A stretch of 64,000 nt of DNA, from the NCBI GenBank assembly GCA_010093815.1, contig ML996593.1; one strand, written 5' to 3'. Below, one piece after another: positions 1-13,200 of this stretch. The notes under the pieces were generated by a model. The model was not told the DNA's origin. It saw nothing but the letters and a program-made list of their open reading frames with translations, and did not search any database. Position numbers and translations under genes: made by a program. Every line of letters starts with the position of its first letter. Within the stretch, counting starts at the first letter, position 1. Origin of the DNA: Pseudovirgaria hyperparasitica (taxonomy: Eukaryota).

Positions 1-120
1 ATAATATTAGTAATATCGATTACTAATATTAAGCTATTCCTAATAAGGAAATACCTTATATAAACTTATTAGATATAGTAGAGGTTAAGTTTACACTACC
101 TAATAGAAAACTTAGACTTG
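1..120. repeat. AT/TpA-rich segment, probable RIP-degraded repeat relic running off the window edge
   Basis: Very low GC and dense TA dinucleotides, abruptly returning to balanced composition near 120. Confidence 0.45.
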
Positions 121-1616
121 GAGGATTCTTTCGCACAGAACCTGTCAGGCAGGGTACCAACCCGTCCACAATACACGCACGCTTATAACTCTTGACCTTA
201 CACTTATTGCCAGCGATCCAGACGGTATTATTATATTAGAAACTACTCTACCAAGCAATAGTACCAATAAGCCGGATTCTAGGTGTGCATGTTTCGCAAA
301 AGACGATTACTATGATTCGGTCTGTGACACGACCAAGCTCAACTGCTCCGCATCTATTGCCCTGACGATCTGGACCTCATGAGTAATAATGAACTGTAAG
401 TGAACCGTCACCTTACTCCGCGAATACACTCTTACTATACTCAAGTTTGGTGCCGATTAGCACATGCACGATCCCACTGGCAGCCCATGACAGACACTGA
501 CAGCTGCACAGCAAGCAATGGGCAAGGTATCGAAGCACATTGCAAAGACTGCCCAGTTACACAATGCTAGACTCATGTTCACAGCCCTCGTTCAGTGCTT
601 CCAAAGACCTTTGAAAGGCAGGGTGTATGAAACTATTGACATCATACATGGTGCCTTGATCTCAACTGACGTCAAGGATTTGTTCATAGTAGCGCAAAAT
701 GCCAGCTGTGGAGTCCGAACTTGACTTGAAAACATTACTCTAATCATGCTGCTTGTGACAATACCGGGTTCGATACGATCATGGTCATGGCCGCGAGCAT
801 AATGTGTTCGTCAATTTCGAAGCACCTCCAGCACTGGAACTGGTGAGACACGGAGAAAATGTGACCTCTGGCGAAAACACTGTTGGTTTTAACATAGAGG
901 GTTACTTGTTTTCTTCTTCTGGATCTCTCATAGTAGGGACAAAGATAAGACTCCAACTAGTTGACAGCTTCCGCGTTGATTTTTTTTGGACATGGACTAT
1001 GAACTTCTCGTGACCGATACTATGACACAGAGAACCCTTTAACAAAGCGTGTGACGTCGAGTCCAGGTGGCGAGGGTGCTTGGACCACTCTCCTTCCGTC
1101 GTGACGTATGGTAAACAAATGGTGAAATCATAGTCCATCGCTATATAATGAACTCAAGTCGACTGGATTTCAGCCGCTTACAGTTAATCATCTACCGTGG
1201 TCGGGTGGTATCACGTTGAACTCAATATGCTCTTGCAACACTGAATTATTAATTCTGCTACCATGTTTCGAGTTCGATTCCTCCCTAAGTCATGTATGAG
1301 TACATTTCTTTTGCAATTTTGGCGGAGTTCCTCCAATTGCTCTATTTCTCTCCCAGAACGACATTTTCTTATTCATAGATGAATAAATACAATCATGTCA
1401 ACATAAGACACTCGTTCTACTGTTTTGGTGGAGCCGTTTACAGCGATAACGAAGCAAATAGGTTGGTTGCAGAAAGACATTCACATTCACTCACAGTGTC
1501 GGTCAACGGACACAAGTCCGTACGCGTCTCGTTCCTTCCTCACTCCGCTAATAAGCCATGCTTTATTTCCTCTTCACATCCTCAACATCCGTACACTTAC
1601 TCCGCGCCTATTCATA

Positions 1617-2734
1617 ATGCCTCGACCTCGACCTCTCAACCTTGAAGCTACGACCATACAAAGAGAGCTGGAGCTATCACAAACCTCACCATGTTCGCCC
1701 TCGCAACATGCTCTACGTCCTCAATTTCCCGCTCGCAGTTCCTCTCTCCGCAAACCGCACGTGTTGCTGCTACCAAGAGCCAGTCCACGAGCGGGCAACG
1801 AGCAAAGGTTCAAACTCACCTTAACCTCCCTTCACCCCCAAAAGAAACCACCGGCTTTCAGGCCCTGACGTTGAAGAGAAAGCAGCCAGCTCACCAGACA
1901 AATAGCCTAAAACTCACTCCACCGCCAAAATCCCCACCACCATCCGCTCCACAGCGCGTCTCAGACTCACACGCCCACATACCCATCCTCCTCGGCTCGC
2001 CCCGACAAAGCCCCCAGCTCGACGAAGATGAAGATGAAGATGATACAGATCTCAACGAAGCACCTTCCATCCTACCAACCCCGTCCGTCTCCAGAACAAC
2101 CACACCTGCTCTCCAGCCCTCCAAGGTCGAACAAGAACACGCCCTTCCACCACTCCCCGCCTCAAGCTCTCCAAGCACTCCAAGTATCATAATCCCCCGC
2201 CCGCAGCGCCCGACGCTCCTATCCCACAGCGCCTCCGTCCGCACGACGCCGAACCGCCCGCGACTCATACAACGCAGTGCCTCCGTTCGCTGCCCAGCGG
2301 TATCGCACAGCCCGGCCCTCAGCCCAAGTATCTCTACGCCCCGCTCACCCTTCATACCGTCGTCCATCGGCGTAGCAAGTCGGCCCTCGCATCCGATCCG
2401 CACGTCTTCTCTCCCGCCCCTCGACGGGGACGACGAGGCTTGGTCTTCGCCAGAAGTCCTCGTCTCCTCGCCACCACAAGGCCGGTCCAGCCCTGCATCC
2501 TCGGCTGGTGATGGTCGGATAAAAGTCCGCTTTGACGCGACGCCCTTGGATATCGAAGACATGATTGCAGGGCTGCCGGACCTGGAGCGAGAGACGGGGC
2601 AGTTGCATGGGGAGCTTTCTGGGAAAAGGGACGATTTGGATCTGGTAGAGAAAGAGTTGAAGGCGTTGAGGATGGAGGGGGAGGACCTGTTGGGTTTGGT
2701 GGAAGGGTGGATGGAGAGTGCGCGTAGTCGTTGA
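1617..2734 (+). CDS. Pro/Ser-rich disordered hypothetical protein with C-terminal coiled-coil-like segment; apparent 1-nt frameshift near 1815
   Basis: Long ORF 1691-2734 with an acidic tract and heptad-like end (LDLVEKELKALRMEGEDLL). An upstream ATG at 1617 (MPRPRPLNL...) is in a different frame and joins naturally at RFKL/HLNLPSPP. Confidence 0.55.
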
Positions 2735-3716
2735 CTGGGTTTGGAGAACAAGACGAGCGATGACGACTTTTACAACACGAGAAAACACGAGAGCGGCGAA
2801 GAGTTAGGATTAAGGTTAATGCGGGATGAAGGTAAACATGAATATATGTGCACTGCATTATATCGTGCGAATAAGAGGACATGAAACTGAACATAATACT
2901 GAGTGGAGAAAAGCGTCAAATTCGTCATATCGCTTGACCATGCACAATACGCTACGCCCACAGCCAGTTCAGCACTTTTGAAGGCGGTGCACATACACAG
3001 AACAAACCTACACAGAAGCCTTGCGGATGCCCAGCCATCTACACCCTCCTACAGACAATCCCTCAGCGTATAAGCCCGAAATAGTAAACAGCCCATGGTA
3101 AACAGAGCATAAAGAAGTGAAGCGAAGAACCAACAGTCTTCCAAAAACGCTGCATAACGTATCGTGGGTATGGGGCATTGCATGAAACACGAAAAATTCA
3201 ACAGAAAATGTAAAAAAATAAGAAAATACCCCAACCCGACATCCTCCCAACCCCTGATTCCCCGAGACGTGAAAGACCCGCGTTGAACACGGGAGGAAAA
3301 CCACGTCTCCCTGAGCGCGCACACAGTGTACAACTTCTCCTCATCATGACATGCGTGCAATAAAACATAGGTGAAGACCCGGGTGCCAATATTCGCTTCA
3401 ACAGGTGCGGAAATTGAGGGATGAAGAGTGACAAAAGCGTATCCGCAAGAGAGAAATGATAAAGCCGAAAAGCATCATTAACGAGCGAGAAGACAACGCA
3501 TGCAAAGCGTCCACCCAAAGGAAAACGTTTCAACAGTCTGTATGTCCGTCCACGCCCATCCATGACGCTCTCAGCCGTACCACACATCGCCCACGAACCA
3601 CGCCATTGTATGATCATCTTCTGCATACACCCATTCATGTCTCGGCACATATTGATATTGCGACTCTTGGTATCCCGGATATACAACCTGTATGTCTCCT
3701 GTTAGCACGAGCGTCA

Positions 3717-6254
3717 TTACATAACAGCACATTCGCCCTGTTGACCCTTGGGACTACCCCCTGATGAAGGCTTGCCGTTTGGGGCAGAGGGAACGTGTGC
3801 ATATGGAGAAGCCGGAGTGGCACGCTCAGGTTTTTTTGGATCTTTTACCGACGAGCTACGACCATTGGCCCCCCCAGCCGCCCATCGGAAGAAGCCCGTG
3901 GGAGGTTGTTTAGAAGAGGGTTTCTTCTTTTTGTGGCCGTCGACAACAACTTCGACTCTGGGACCACCCCCTTGCGGCGGCATCATCATCCCTGGGGGCA
4001 TTCCTGGATGGCCAGGCGGTGGCATCGGACCACCTGGGAAACCAGGCGGGGGTGGAGGTGGGATAGGACCTCCTTTCCCTCCTTTGGGAGCCTTGCCGCC
4101 AGCTGGAGGCTTACCGCCCTTCGGTCCTTTCGCTCCATGTGGTGGCATTGGCCCAAAGGGCTCAAAGCCGGGAGGCCCACCAGGAAAACCAGGTAGTGGA
4201 GGAGGTGGTGGCTTAGGGTCTGGCATTGGCCACATATGCATTGTGATAGCCCAGTCTGGTTTGACCATAGTCTCCCAAACCTGTGGTAGAATGATCTCGC
4301 CATCAGGTCCGACGAGATCATAGTGGCCGTCATGGACGTGTGGGCCGATCACGTCTACATGGAGGAAGGCCTGCTTGATGAGGTTCTCCATGCCACCCCA
4401 TGTCTTGCAGATGTGCCAGGGAAAGCTGAATTTCCTCCCGACCGCGTCTTTGAATTTAATCGGTGGCTGGTTCTTGTCGTCGCTAGGCGGAGTGATCTTG
4501 GCTTCGGCCGCCTTCTTGTCATTCTCAGCCTTTTCTGCAGCTTCCTTTGCCTCAGCAAGTGCCTTCTCATGTGCTGCCTTTGTCTCTTCGGCCTCCTTCT
4601 GTGCTTTCGCCTCGGCCTCTTCTCTTGCTTTCTTGGCGGCCTCGAGCAGTTTCGCCGCAGCGTCGGCGGCAGCTTTCTTTTCGGCAGCAATCTTGGCGGC
4701 AGCAGATTCAGCAGCAGCTTGTTCGGCTTTGCGAGCGGCCTCGGCAGCCTCTTCGCGTTTGAGCTGCTCCTCTTTTTGTGCCAGAATGAGCATCTCAAGC
4801 TTAGCAAGCTTGTCTTCATCGCCTCGTTTCTTTGCATCGGCTGCTGCGACAGCCGCATCAAGCTCAGCCTGCTTCTTGGCATTCGCTTCATCTATCCTAG
4901 CCTTTCGCTCATCGTTGAGAAACTTTTCGATAGCTTTGAGCCTGTCATTCTCCTTCTTTTCCTCTGCAGCCTTTTTGGCCTTGGCCTCTTCCTCAATCTT
5001 CCTTGTCTGCTCTTCGATAGCCTTTCTTTCCCGGTCCAGACGATCATTACGTTCAGCAATCAGGAGCTCCTCTATCTTGGAAATCTTCTCGTTTTCGGGT
5101 GGGAAGGCGCCTGGAATGGCTGCAGGGGCCGGCGCTGGCGCTGGAGCTGGCACTGGCACTGGCGCTGGAGCTGGGGTTGCTACAGGTGCGGGTTCTGGAG
5201 CCGGTGTATGGTGTTGCGAGGGAGGATGACGGGGAGGAGGGGAAGGATGATGGGCATAAGGTGGGTAGTATGGGTTTGGAGGAGGCGGCATTCCATAGCC
5301 AGGCGGAGGCGGTGGATATGGATAACCCGGATATCCGCCTCCATTAAAGTGCATCAGCTCTCCGCCAGGCGGCATTGGAGGCATCGAGTTCCGGTGCGAT
5401 CGATGTTGCCTTGCTGGCGGACCGTTATCGTCGTAATACATACTATTTCTGTCGCCGCGAGTGAATGGATTCGGTTGATGGCCACCATGCATTGTTTGCG
5501 TGAAAGGGTTTGTGTAGCCATAGGGATCACTACGCATCGGAACTATTTCTTGACCCGGCGGTCCATATGGTGGATAACCGCCGCCAGACAACATGCTGGG
5601 TGCGTAACCACTTGCAGGGGCAGGAGGTACATGCCCCCACTGAGCATGAGGGTGTCCCCTTGGGGGACCGTACGGGTAGTCGTCACCTTCCAGACTGTCC
5701 GAAGGTACTGAGGGAGGCCGCGTTCGGCTGCTTGGTCTTCGCTCAGCGCGCGGTCTAGTGTTGGAAGTTGTACGACGACGGGTTGGCTGAGCAGGTTCTG
5801 GGGCAGCAGGAGGTGCGCGTGGGCGTACAGCTTTACGAGGACCCGGACGAGAAGAAACGGAGCGGTATCGAAATCGGGGTCGTCGTTGTCTGGAAGCCGA
5901 GTCAGAAGGGTCTAATTCATCGGCGTCGACAGCCTCCCAGTCCTCCTCTTCTTCTTGCGAGTCTGTGTAATCCTCCTGGCTTTCAGTGGAGCGGGAGACC
6001 TGTACTCCCGAGGAATGGTCGTCGTCGTCGGAGATGAAGTGATCTTCAGAGCCGGTGGAGTGACTGATGGTGATGATTTTTCTCCTAGAAATCTTCACGT
6101 TAGTCTCGCCTTTTGACATTGTAGACGCGGGTACTGCAGGAGCAGATGCAGTGCGGGGACGACAGTGTGAGGCAGAAGAGCGAGATCGAATGCGTGAATT
6201 GACAATGCGACGTGCAGGAGATTGATTATCGGGGATGGTGACGACTAACGGCAT
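3717..6254 (-). CDS. 845-aa protein: Pro-rich regions, long Ala/Glu/Lys coiled coil, conserved fungal ubiquitin-like domain, C-terminal CaaX
   Basis: Uninterrupted ORF. The block PIKFKDAVGRKFSFPW...IKQAFLHVDVIGPHV..GHYDLVGPDGEIILPQVWE is recognisable from Pezizomycotina proteins. Ends in CAVM*. Confidence 0.8.
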   Translation of the reverse strand: MPLVVTIPDNQSPARRIVNSRIRSRSSASHCRPRTASAPAVPASTMSKGETNVKISRRKIITISHSTGSEDHFISDDDDHSSGVQVSRSTESQEDYTDSQEEEEDWEAVDADELDPSDSASRQRRPRFRYRSVSSRPGPRKAVRPRAPPAAPEPAQPTRRRTTSNTRPRAERRPSSRTRPPSVPSDSLEGDDYPYGPPRGHPHAQWGHVPPAPASGYAPSMLSGGGYPPYGPPGQEIVPMRSDPYGYTNPFTQTMHGGHQPNPFTRGDRNSMYYDDNGPPARQHRSHRNSMPPMPPGGELMHFNGGGYPGYPYPPPPPGYGMPPPPNPYYPPYAHHPSPPPRHPPSQHHTPAPEPAPVATPAPAPVPVPAPAPAPAPAAIPGAFPPENEKISKIEELLIAERNDRLDRERKAIEEQTRKIEEEAKAKKAAEEKKENDRLKAIEKFLNDERKARIDEANAKKQAELDAAVAAADAKKRGDEDKLAKLEMLILAQKEEQLKREEAAEAARKAEQAAAESAAAKIAAEKKAAADAAAKLLEAAKKAREEAEAKAQKEAEETKAAHEKALAEAKEAAEKAENDKKAAEAKITPPSDDKNQPPIKFKDAVGRKFSFPWHICKTWGGMENLIKQAFLHVDVIGPHVHDGHYDLVGPDGEIILPQVWETMVKPDWAITMHMWPMPDPKPPPPPLPGFPGGPPGFEPFGPMPPHGAKGPKGGKPPAGGKAPKGGKGGPIPPPPPPGFPGGPMPPPGHPGMPPGMMMPPQGGGPRVEVVVDGHKKKKPSSKQPPTGFFRWAAGGANGRSSSVKDPKKPERATPASPYAHVPSAPNGKPSSGGSPKGQQGECAVM

Positions 6255-6680
6255 GAAGATGCAAGCAGCAAGGAATTATCGTGCTCGGGGCCCTTCTACC
6301 AGAGAACGGCCGAGACACGATAGCCTTGAGAAGCGAGTTTGCGAGTATTTGCAAGTGGTGTGAGGAGGCGCAGGCAGAGAGAGGTGTGGTGAGGATTGCA
6401 AGCTGCCAACTAATACTGCGGGGAGCGAAGACTAAAGGATTTGGGCGGCAGCACAGATACTTTTGTGCAAAGTCGTGGCAGCAGCAATTGGCTTTTGCAG
6501 AACAAGCAAAGTCCGTCGTATAGTTTCTATAGCGTGTTTTGACCAAGTGGAATATGACCAACAGTGCGTGGCGCTACGACACGAAGGATTTCTTCGGAGT
6601 CCGCAACGACTGCAATGGGCCTTTCTTTGGGACGAGAGTAGTCGTGATTCAACTACAGGATGCAAGAAGTCGTAGGTTGA

Positions 6681-6710
6681 GTGTCTGTGTGTGTGTATGT
6701 GTGTGTGTGT
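6681..6710. repeat. Imperfect (TG)n microsatellite
   Basis: gtgtctgtgtgtgtgtatgtgtgtgtgtgt, upstream of the 845-aa gene. Confidence 0.85.
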
Positions 6711-9700
6711 AGGAGGGGCGCGGCGAAAAAAGGATGGATCGGGGGCGCTGAGCACAGGTTGTTTGAGGATGTCGTATTAGGACAAGTGCAGGGCTGACGA
6801 TGATTCGCAAGAGTCAAGGCTAGACTTCTCGCGATAGGCAGCGGATCCTCGACGGCGATCGTCACAGATATGTGAGATGGAAATGTCGGGTGCGGGAGAT
6901 AGTCTTGATGGACTGAGTGTGTGTCGTGTAGAGGGAAGAAGAACAAGAAACAGAGAAGAAGAATGGAAAGAAACAACAACAAGATGGAACAATTGAGGCA
7001 GAAGAAGGGGAGGAGGAGGGGTGATCGGGGGTATGAGGAGGAGGAGGGGCAGCGGGCGATTGTTGATTGTTTTCTCCTTGCAAGTCGGGAGGGAGGGAGG
7101 GAGAGTAGGTAAACAGAAAAGAGAGAAGAGACAGAAGGGGGGGGGACTTCAAGCCAGGCAGCAAGTTTACAGTACAACAGCAGCTGGATTAGCGGCGGGG
7201 GTTGAGCGCGGGGCGGATGGAAAGGCAGAAAAGGCGGCGGGTCTATGCTGATTGATTGCTGTGAGCCCCCTTGCCTTGCCTGAACCTCCACTGTGAGTCC
7301 TTTTTTGGCTTCTTTCTGGCTCTGCTTTCTGGCTCTGGCTCTCTGGCTCTTTTGTCTGCCCAGGGAGCCAGGTAGGGTAAAGTGCAGCTGCTTCTGCCTG
7401 ACTGTGGAGTCGTTGGGCTGGTCTCAGTCAGGCCCGCCGCAGTAAGAATAGAAGTGCAAAATGTCGTCAGCCGAGTCCAGCCAACAATGTATCTATTGTT
7501 TTTCTGGCGACGAGTCCGTTGATTGAGGTTATTGTCACTGCAAAATACTAACTGTCAGCATAGTCCGGGTCCAATGTCTGGCGAGGATATGACGGGATTG
7601 CCCAGCATCCTTGACCTTGGCTACTGTATGTCTCTCCGTAGTCAGGCCTTCCCACCCGCACATGGATCATCTGCTGCAGTCTGCCTGTACTATATGTGTC
7701 TTATCCCGACCTTCGCCATAGGTTGGCCCGTCCGATGAGATGATATCATGCTTCTACTTACACGCTCAATGATAATAATAGTCTATTCCTTCGTTGTCTG
7801 CAACCTCTGCTTTCGTCTCTCAGGGCTTCTCTCGATATCGGTGGAAACGCAGTCTTCGTGTGGGATGAGGTCTCTTGTTTGCGGACATATGGCCTGTTTG
7901 ATGGTTTGGCTATGCTTTTTCTCTTGATGACAACACAGAGAGGAGTTGAAGTTTTGATTGCTGCGGCTGGGCAACGAAAAAGTGGCAAATGGCACAGAAT
8001 ACTTGCGATGCTTCTCCAAAAATAAATGACGGATTTCGACGGAGCCGCCTACTGCTGCTGTGCTCGTGCCTTTTAAAGCGACTGGCATGCCTGTGTGTTG
8101 TCCCTTGCGCTTCTCTACCCTTTGTCCAGCAGCAAAGAAAGACTCATCCCAATCCTGATCCCCGGCCGCCCAATCCTCACCAGTGCCCAACACAATCCTC
8201 ACCACATGGCCAACGCAGCCTGTCCAGCCCAAAGTGTCTGCGCCCTTACCGCTCAGGCGTCGCAGGAGCCGCTCTCGTGCCTCAAGTTGCAGCATGCCAC
8301 GTCTCTCATGCACATATTCTTAGCATCAACGACCCACCCGCAATCGTCCAACCCTTCTTGTGATTGGAATGCATCACGTTCCTGATCCACCAATTTCCAC
8401 TCCCTTCTCTCTCACCGATCAATCTACGAACCATCAATGACTAGCCCTGCTCCGGCCGGCTGTCTCCTGCGTGGCAGCCCGAAAACTTTTTGGCAAGGCG
8501 GCAAATGAGCAAGAGTTATCATCATCCGCATCCATCATTAGAACTGTCCAACACGTGTAGCCCCGTCAGCCTCTAGCTTGAGTGCAGCAAGTCGTACTGC
8601 ATACCTGTCACGCTTGACTCATTGTCCACGCACTGTTTGGATTCATCAACCTGCAGTACACGCGGCTGTACCGTCTGTTCCACGGGAGTCTGCCTCACAC
8701 CCGTGCGAGTCGCAACCCTTAGGATTTAGCTGTCAGTCGTAGCAGGATTGGTTCACCTGCCGTACCACGATTGATGAATCCATTCCAGAGATCTGGTATC
8801 ACCACCACCCATCTCACAGACAGCTGGCCATGACTTGGTCCACAGCCGCATATCGCTGCGGTTCTGCCTTCTCTACAGAGTCAAAATGCAGCCCTGATTA
8901 TTGTACGTTCCACCAGCAAGGTCTGACGGGACGAGCCTCCCGCGGCCACCAAAGCTTGCTGAAACAAGGTTATTGTCCCATAACCCCAAACAAACTGCCA
9001 GCTGTGCATCAACACCATACATCAGCATTCGACCGCTTGGCGTCGTGATGTGTAGTCGTCTATAAGGACATCCATGCCATTCAGTGACGGCTCATCTTCG
9101 CTCCATCGGTCAATCCAGCCTTTCGCGGCCAGGTATAGCTGAGAGGGGCGCGCTCTTTGAGACGGATGCTTTGATGATTGTGATATACGTGAAGGACGTC
9201 AACATGAAGACGCGAAAGGTTGCAGGGTAAGACTTTGGCATCGCTTGGACACTCTCTCTTAATGAAAATTGTCTCATCATAAAGTCACAGAAGAGGGAGG
9301 TATCTAAACATAGCGTTTCGTCGCCCAATCCATACAGCTGAACCTGGGTATACCGATTTTTGTAGCTCACGATAGCCTGTTTTTTTAATGCTCCTCCTAC
9401 AAGCAGGGAACTGTGCGATGAGGCTCTGCCAATAGCCACAACTGACATAAGTATCACTGACAGATGTTGATATGTTACCGGCGCTAGATTTAGGCAATTT
9501 TCCACAGGTCCCTACTGTTTGTGATTCGGATTGTCACCTGGCCTATCTAAGTGCTCTCGGAATGTACCGACGAATTGCAGCTCTAGAAACCTGCTTCCAA
9601 TCTGTGTTTGGGATGGAGGGTGCTAATTATGACTCGTTTGCAGTTGGACCAAGGTTGGCGTGTAGCAGCTAAGGTAGCGTGGATACCAGGCCTACGTCAT

Positions 9701-10287
9701 GCAGTCCTTGAGAACTGGATGGGCACCTACCCGTGGACCTATGATGCATGGAAGTGAGTGAGGAGTCCACGTCAACTGTCAAAATCACACACGAGTTGTC
9801 GGAAAGGGGCAGGTGTACCCGAAAATCAGGAACTGGGATTTGCATATGGCATATGCAGTACATGGCCATCGACTTGTTGCAATGCGCATGGCGAGACTTT
9901 TAGGAATTTCCAGAAGGCAAATTGGATATTGGAACGAAACCCTCTCACTCCAAGACTTGTTAAGCCAGTCGGGCACGGGACTCTGGAGAAAGAGAAGCAG
10001 GCCAATGCGCTTTCTTCGAATTTCGCTTGTCTGGGTCTCGCGCCACACCTACGTAACTCAGCCACAGCAGACGTAACAGACAGACCGCCGCCTGTCCGTC
10101 CTTCACTACTCACGTCTCCGCCAATGGCGCGTTTTGATTCTTCACCATTGTCACTGCCTATGCGCCTCCGCTGACCATACCTACTCTCGACCTCTGTTCT
10201 TCAGCGACACTTAAAAATGCTATCTCAGGGCATATTCACATCCGCCAGTCTCTTGCATACCGCCCAACACACTATCGTTACACCAAT

Positions 10288-13200
10288 ATGAATCAACAGA
10301 GCCAATCCAAGGACGAGGACGATGTGGTAGTTCAAGCGCCTGCGCGATTGTCACAAAGAAAGAAGCTGGGGAGAAGAAGAGAATACTCAACTAGGGCTAT
10401 CTGGCTAGTTCTGCTATGCGTCACCATTCTTGCTTCGTCTGCGCTCGTGAGAGACAATTCAAGAGTTGGTGACCAAGTCCTGGGGCAAAGCAGAATCTTT
10501 CAAAGAGATCAGGCACTGGAGGCATTCAAAAAACACAAACATGATGACGAGGCCTCCCACGATGTATATCCTCGCGTTCTGTATTCAATGCCACGATACT
10601 AACAGGGTCTACATACAGTGCCATCTTGTCCACGAGCCCACAGTCAAAGATAAATGTGCCTTTGTTCAATCGCACTGCGCCGACGAAGCAGCTGGCCTCA
10701 TACCCTACCTCGAAATATACTACTGCAAACTACCGCACGCGCAACCATTCGCCTTTATTGTAATCGTAGTGTGGCTTGGACTCCTCTTTAGCACCATTGG
10801 TATAGCAGCCAGCGACTTCTTCTGTGTGAATCTGAGCACGATATCGAATATGTTGGGCTTGAGCGAGAACGTAGCAGGAGTAACATTGCTGGCTCTCGGA
10901 AATGGAAGCCCGGACGTTTTTTCAACATTTGCCGCTATGAACTCCAATAGCGGAAGTTTGGCTGTTGGCGAACTCGTGGGGGCTGCCGGCTTTATCACAG
11001 CAGTCGTTGCAGGAGCCATGGCGCTGACAAGGCCATTCAAAGTTGCAAAGAAGAGCTTTGTAAGAGATGTTGGATTCTTCATTGTTGCCTCGAGTTTTGC
11101 TCTGATATTCCTAAGAGATGGGATCCTGCATCTATGGGAGTGTATTGCCATGGTAGTTTTCTACCTCATTTATGTCGCCTTCGTGGTGCTTTGGCACATG
11201 CATTTGACGAGGAGAAATCAAGCGCGGGCTCGAGAGGCAGCGGGCAGGAGTCATTTCGTCGGGGCCGAAGACACCGATATCCACGAACCATATCGCGATG
11301 ACGATGACGACGGTGAAGGTGGACGACCAATCGCTGTCCCTGAGCCGTCAGCAGAAGACTTTTCGAATCTTGAATGTGGCGGAGCTCAACAACAACAACA
11401 TGAGTTCGCTGATGATGATGAGGAGACACGCGAGCGATGGCTTGGCGATATCAACAAGAACTTCCGGCTCATACGGCCAAAGATAGCTCGCGAGAGACGA
11501 TCGACAGTGATTCGTCCTAGTCTTGTTGGTGCACTGGAGTTTCAAGCAGTATATCATTCGTTGCAGAAGTCAAGGAACATCCGATCCATACCGATCACGA
11601 TTCGTCGATATTCTGATGATCCGGTGTACACCTCAGCCCAGCAACAAGAGGAAATGTCAAACGATGCAGACCCAGGAGCCCGGCCAATCTATACGATAGA
11701 TGACAGCGCATCACAGCTACAGGTTACGCCACGCAGGATGCAAGTCCAAAACCGGGAACGAGCAGTGTCTGTGAACGACATTGATAGCATGCGTCTAGAT
11801 GTCAGTGCGCTTCGTGGTCATGTTCCCCAGCTTGATGTCATAAGCAGCTCTCCTGGTCCGACCTCTAGCTCTAATTTGCAAGTTCCTACAGAGCTAGTCT
11901 CAAGACCGCCGTCCCCTTCGATATCGGTTACGCCTCCTGTCTCGGCCCATCCTTCGCGGTCGTCCAGCCCGGCAACGAGTAGAGAGAATCGACTCGCACC
12001 TCCTACCTCTGAAGTTTTAGCACCAGATCAACAAACAAGGGCCGTACCCTCAGATCTGGTTAGAAGCCCCACGTTCCCCACACATGCACAGAGTCCAAGT
12101 GGTAGGAATTTCCCAAAACTACCGATTCCGGGTCATTCGCCTCAGTCTATGCGCGGCAGGTCTCCTACAACCTCTCCAATCCCAACCTTTGCAGAACACT
12201 CCCCGGGCCCGACTCACAGTCTCCGTCTCCCCCCACCCAGCCTGACAGCCGATTCATTTCCGCAATTCGCTGACTTGATAGATGAGATTGAGCGTCCAAA
12301 CAAGCCGTTGAAGTGGTGGCCGTACAAGATATTACCGCCCCCCGGAGTCCTGGTCTCCACGCTGTTTCCCACGTTATACCGTTGGCAAGACAAGAATATT
12401 TGGGCAAAGCTTCTGGGCATAGTATCTGCACCTAGTGTTTTTCTCCTCACAATCACTCTTCCTGTTGTCGAGGAAAAGGAGACCAGCGACAAGGATGCCA
12501 TCGACGTCGACGTGCCTACATTAACACTTCTTACACCGGAGCTCGAGGCTCCCAGGCATCCACATTATTCGCGTGCCAGTGGTAGCTCCCGGCAAAGCAC
12601 CATTAATTCGACAGGTCTTCTCGATCCTAATCAGCATTACCGCGACAATCCATCTACTCCAGATGGAGACGGTAATTATTTCGCTGTTCAACCCAACAGC
12701 TACGGCACCTTGTCAACCGACGCACATCACGCCCACCTCTATCATGCACAGCCCATCGTCACATCGCCGTCCCATCCGCACATGCTTCAATCTCCCGAGC
12801 AACTCCCTACTTTAGGCAATAATGGCTCTGAGCTCGTAAACTGGAATCGCTGGCTCGTCATCGTCCAAGTCTTCACCGCGCCTTTCTTCGTCGTTGTAAT
12901 TTGCTGGGCCAATCTCGACGAATCGCATCCGCGCAAGCTCATTCTACCAGCCCTCATATCTCTCCTGTTCTCGCTCCTTGCCTTACTCGCCCTTGTTCTT
13001 ACTACAACCCCGACGCGCCCGCCCACATGGCATAAACTTCTCACCTTTCTCGGGTTTGCCGTCGCGATTGCTTGGATATCAACGATCGCCAACGAGGTTG
13101 TTGGCGTGCTGAAGTGGCTCGGAATTGTGCTCAACATAAGCGACGCAATCCTCGGACTGACGATATTTGCTGTTGGCAACTCTCTCGGTGATCTCGTTGC

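Noticed and set aside
130..1140. Possible decayed gene on the minus strand
   Set aside because: Fragmented ORFs with no identifiable family.
2800..2822. Telomere-like gttaggattaaggttaat
   Set aside because: Too short and degenerate; lies in a 3' UTR.
4323..5711. Long plus-strand ORFs (462 aa, 284 aa) and similar antisense ORFs over other genes
   Set aside because: Shadow frames of low-complexity or GC-balanced real genes, with no recognisable motifs.
6300..10200. Several 60-210 aa ORFs in the long intergenic region
   Set aside because: Driven by purine/pyrimidine tracts typical of UTR and promoter DNA; no coherent exon structure or motifs.
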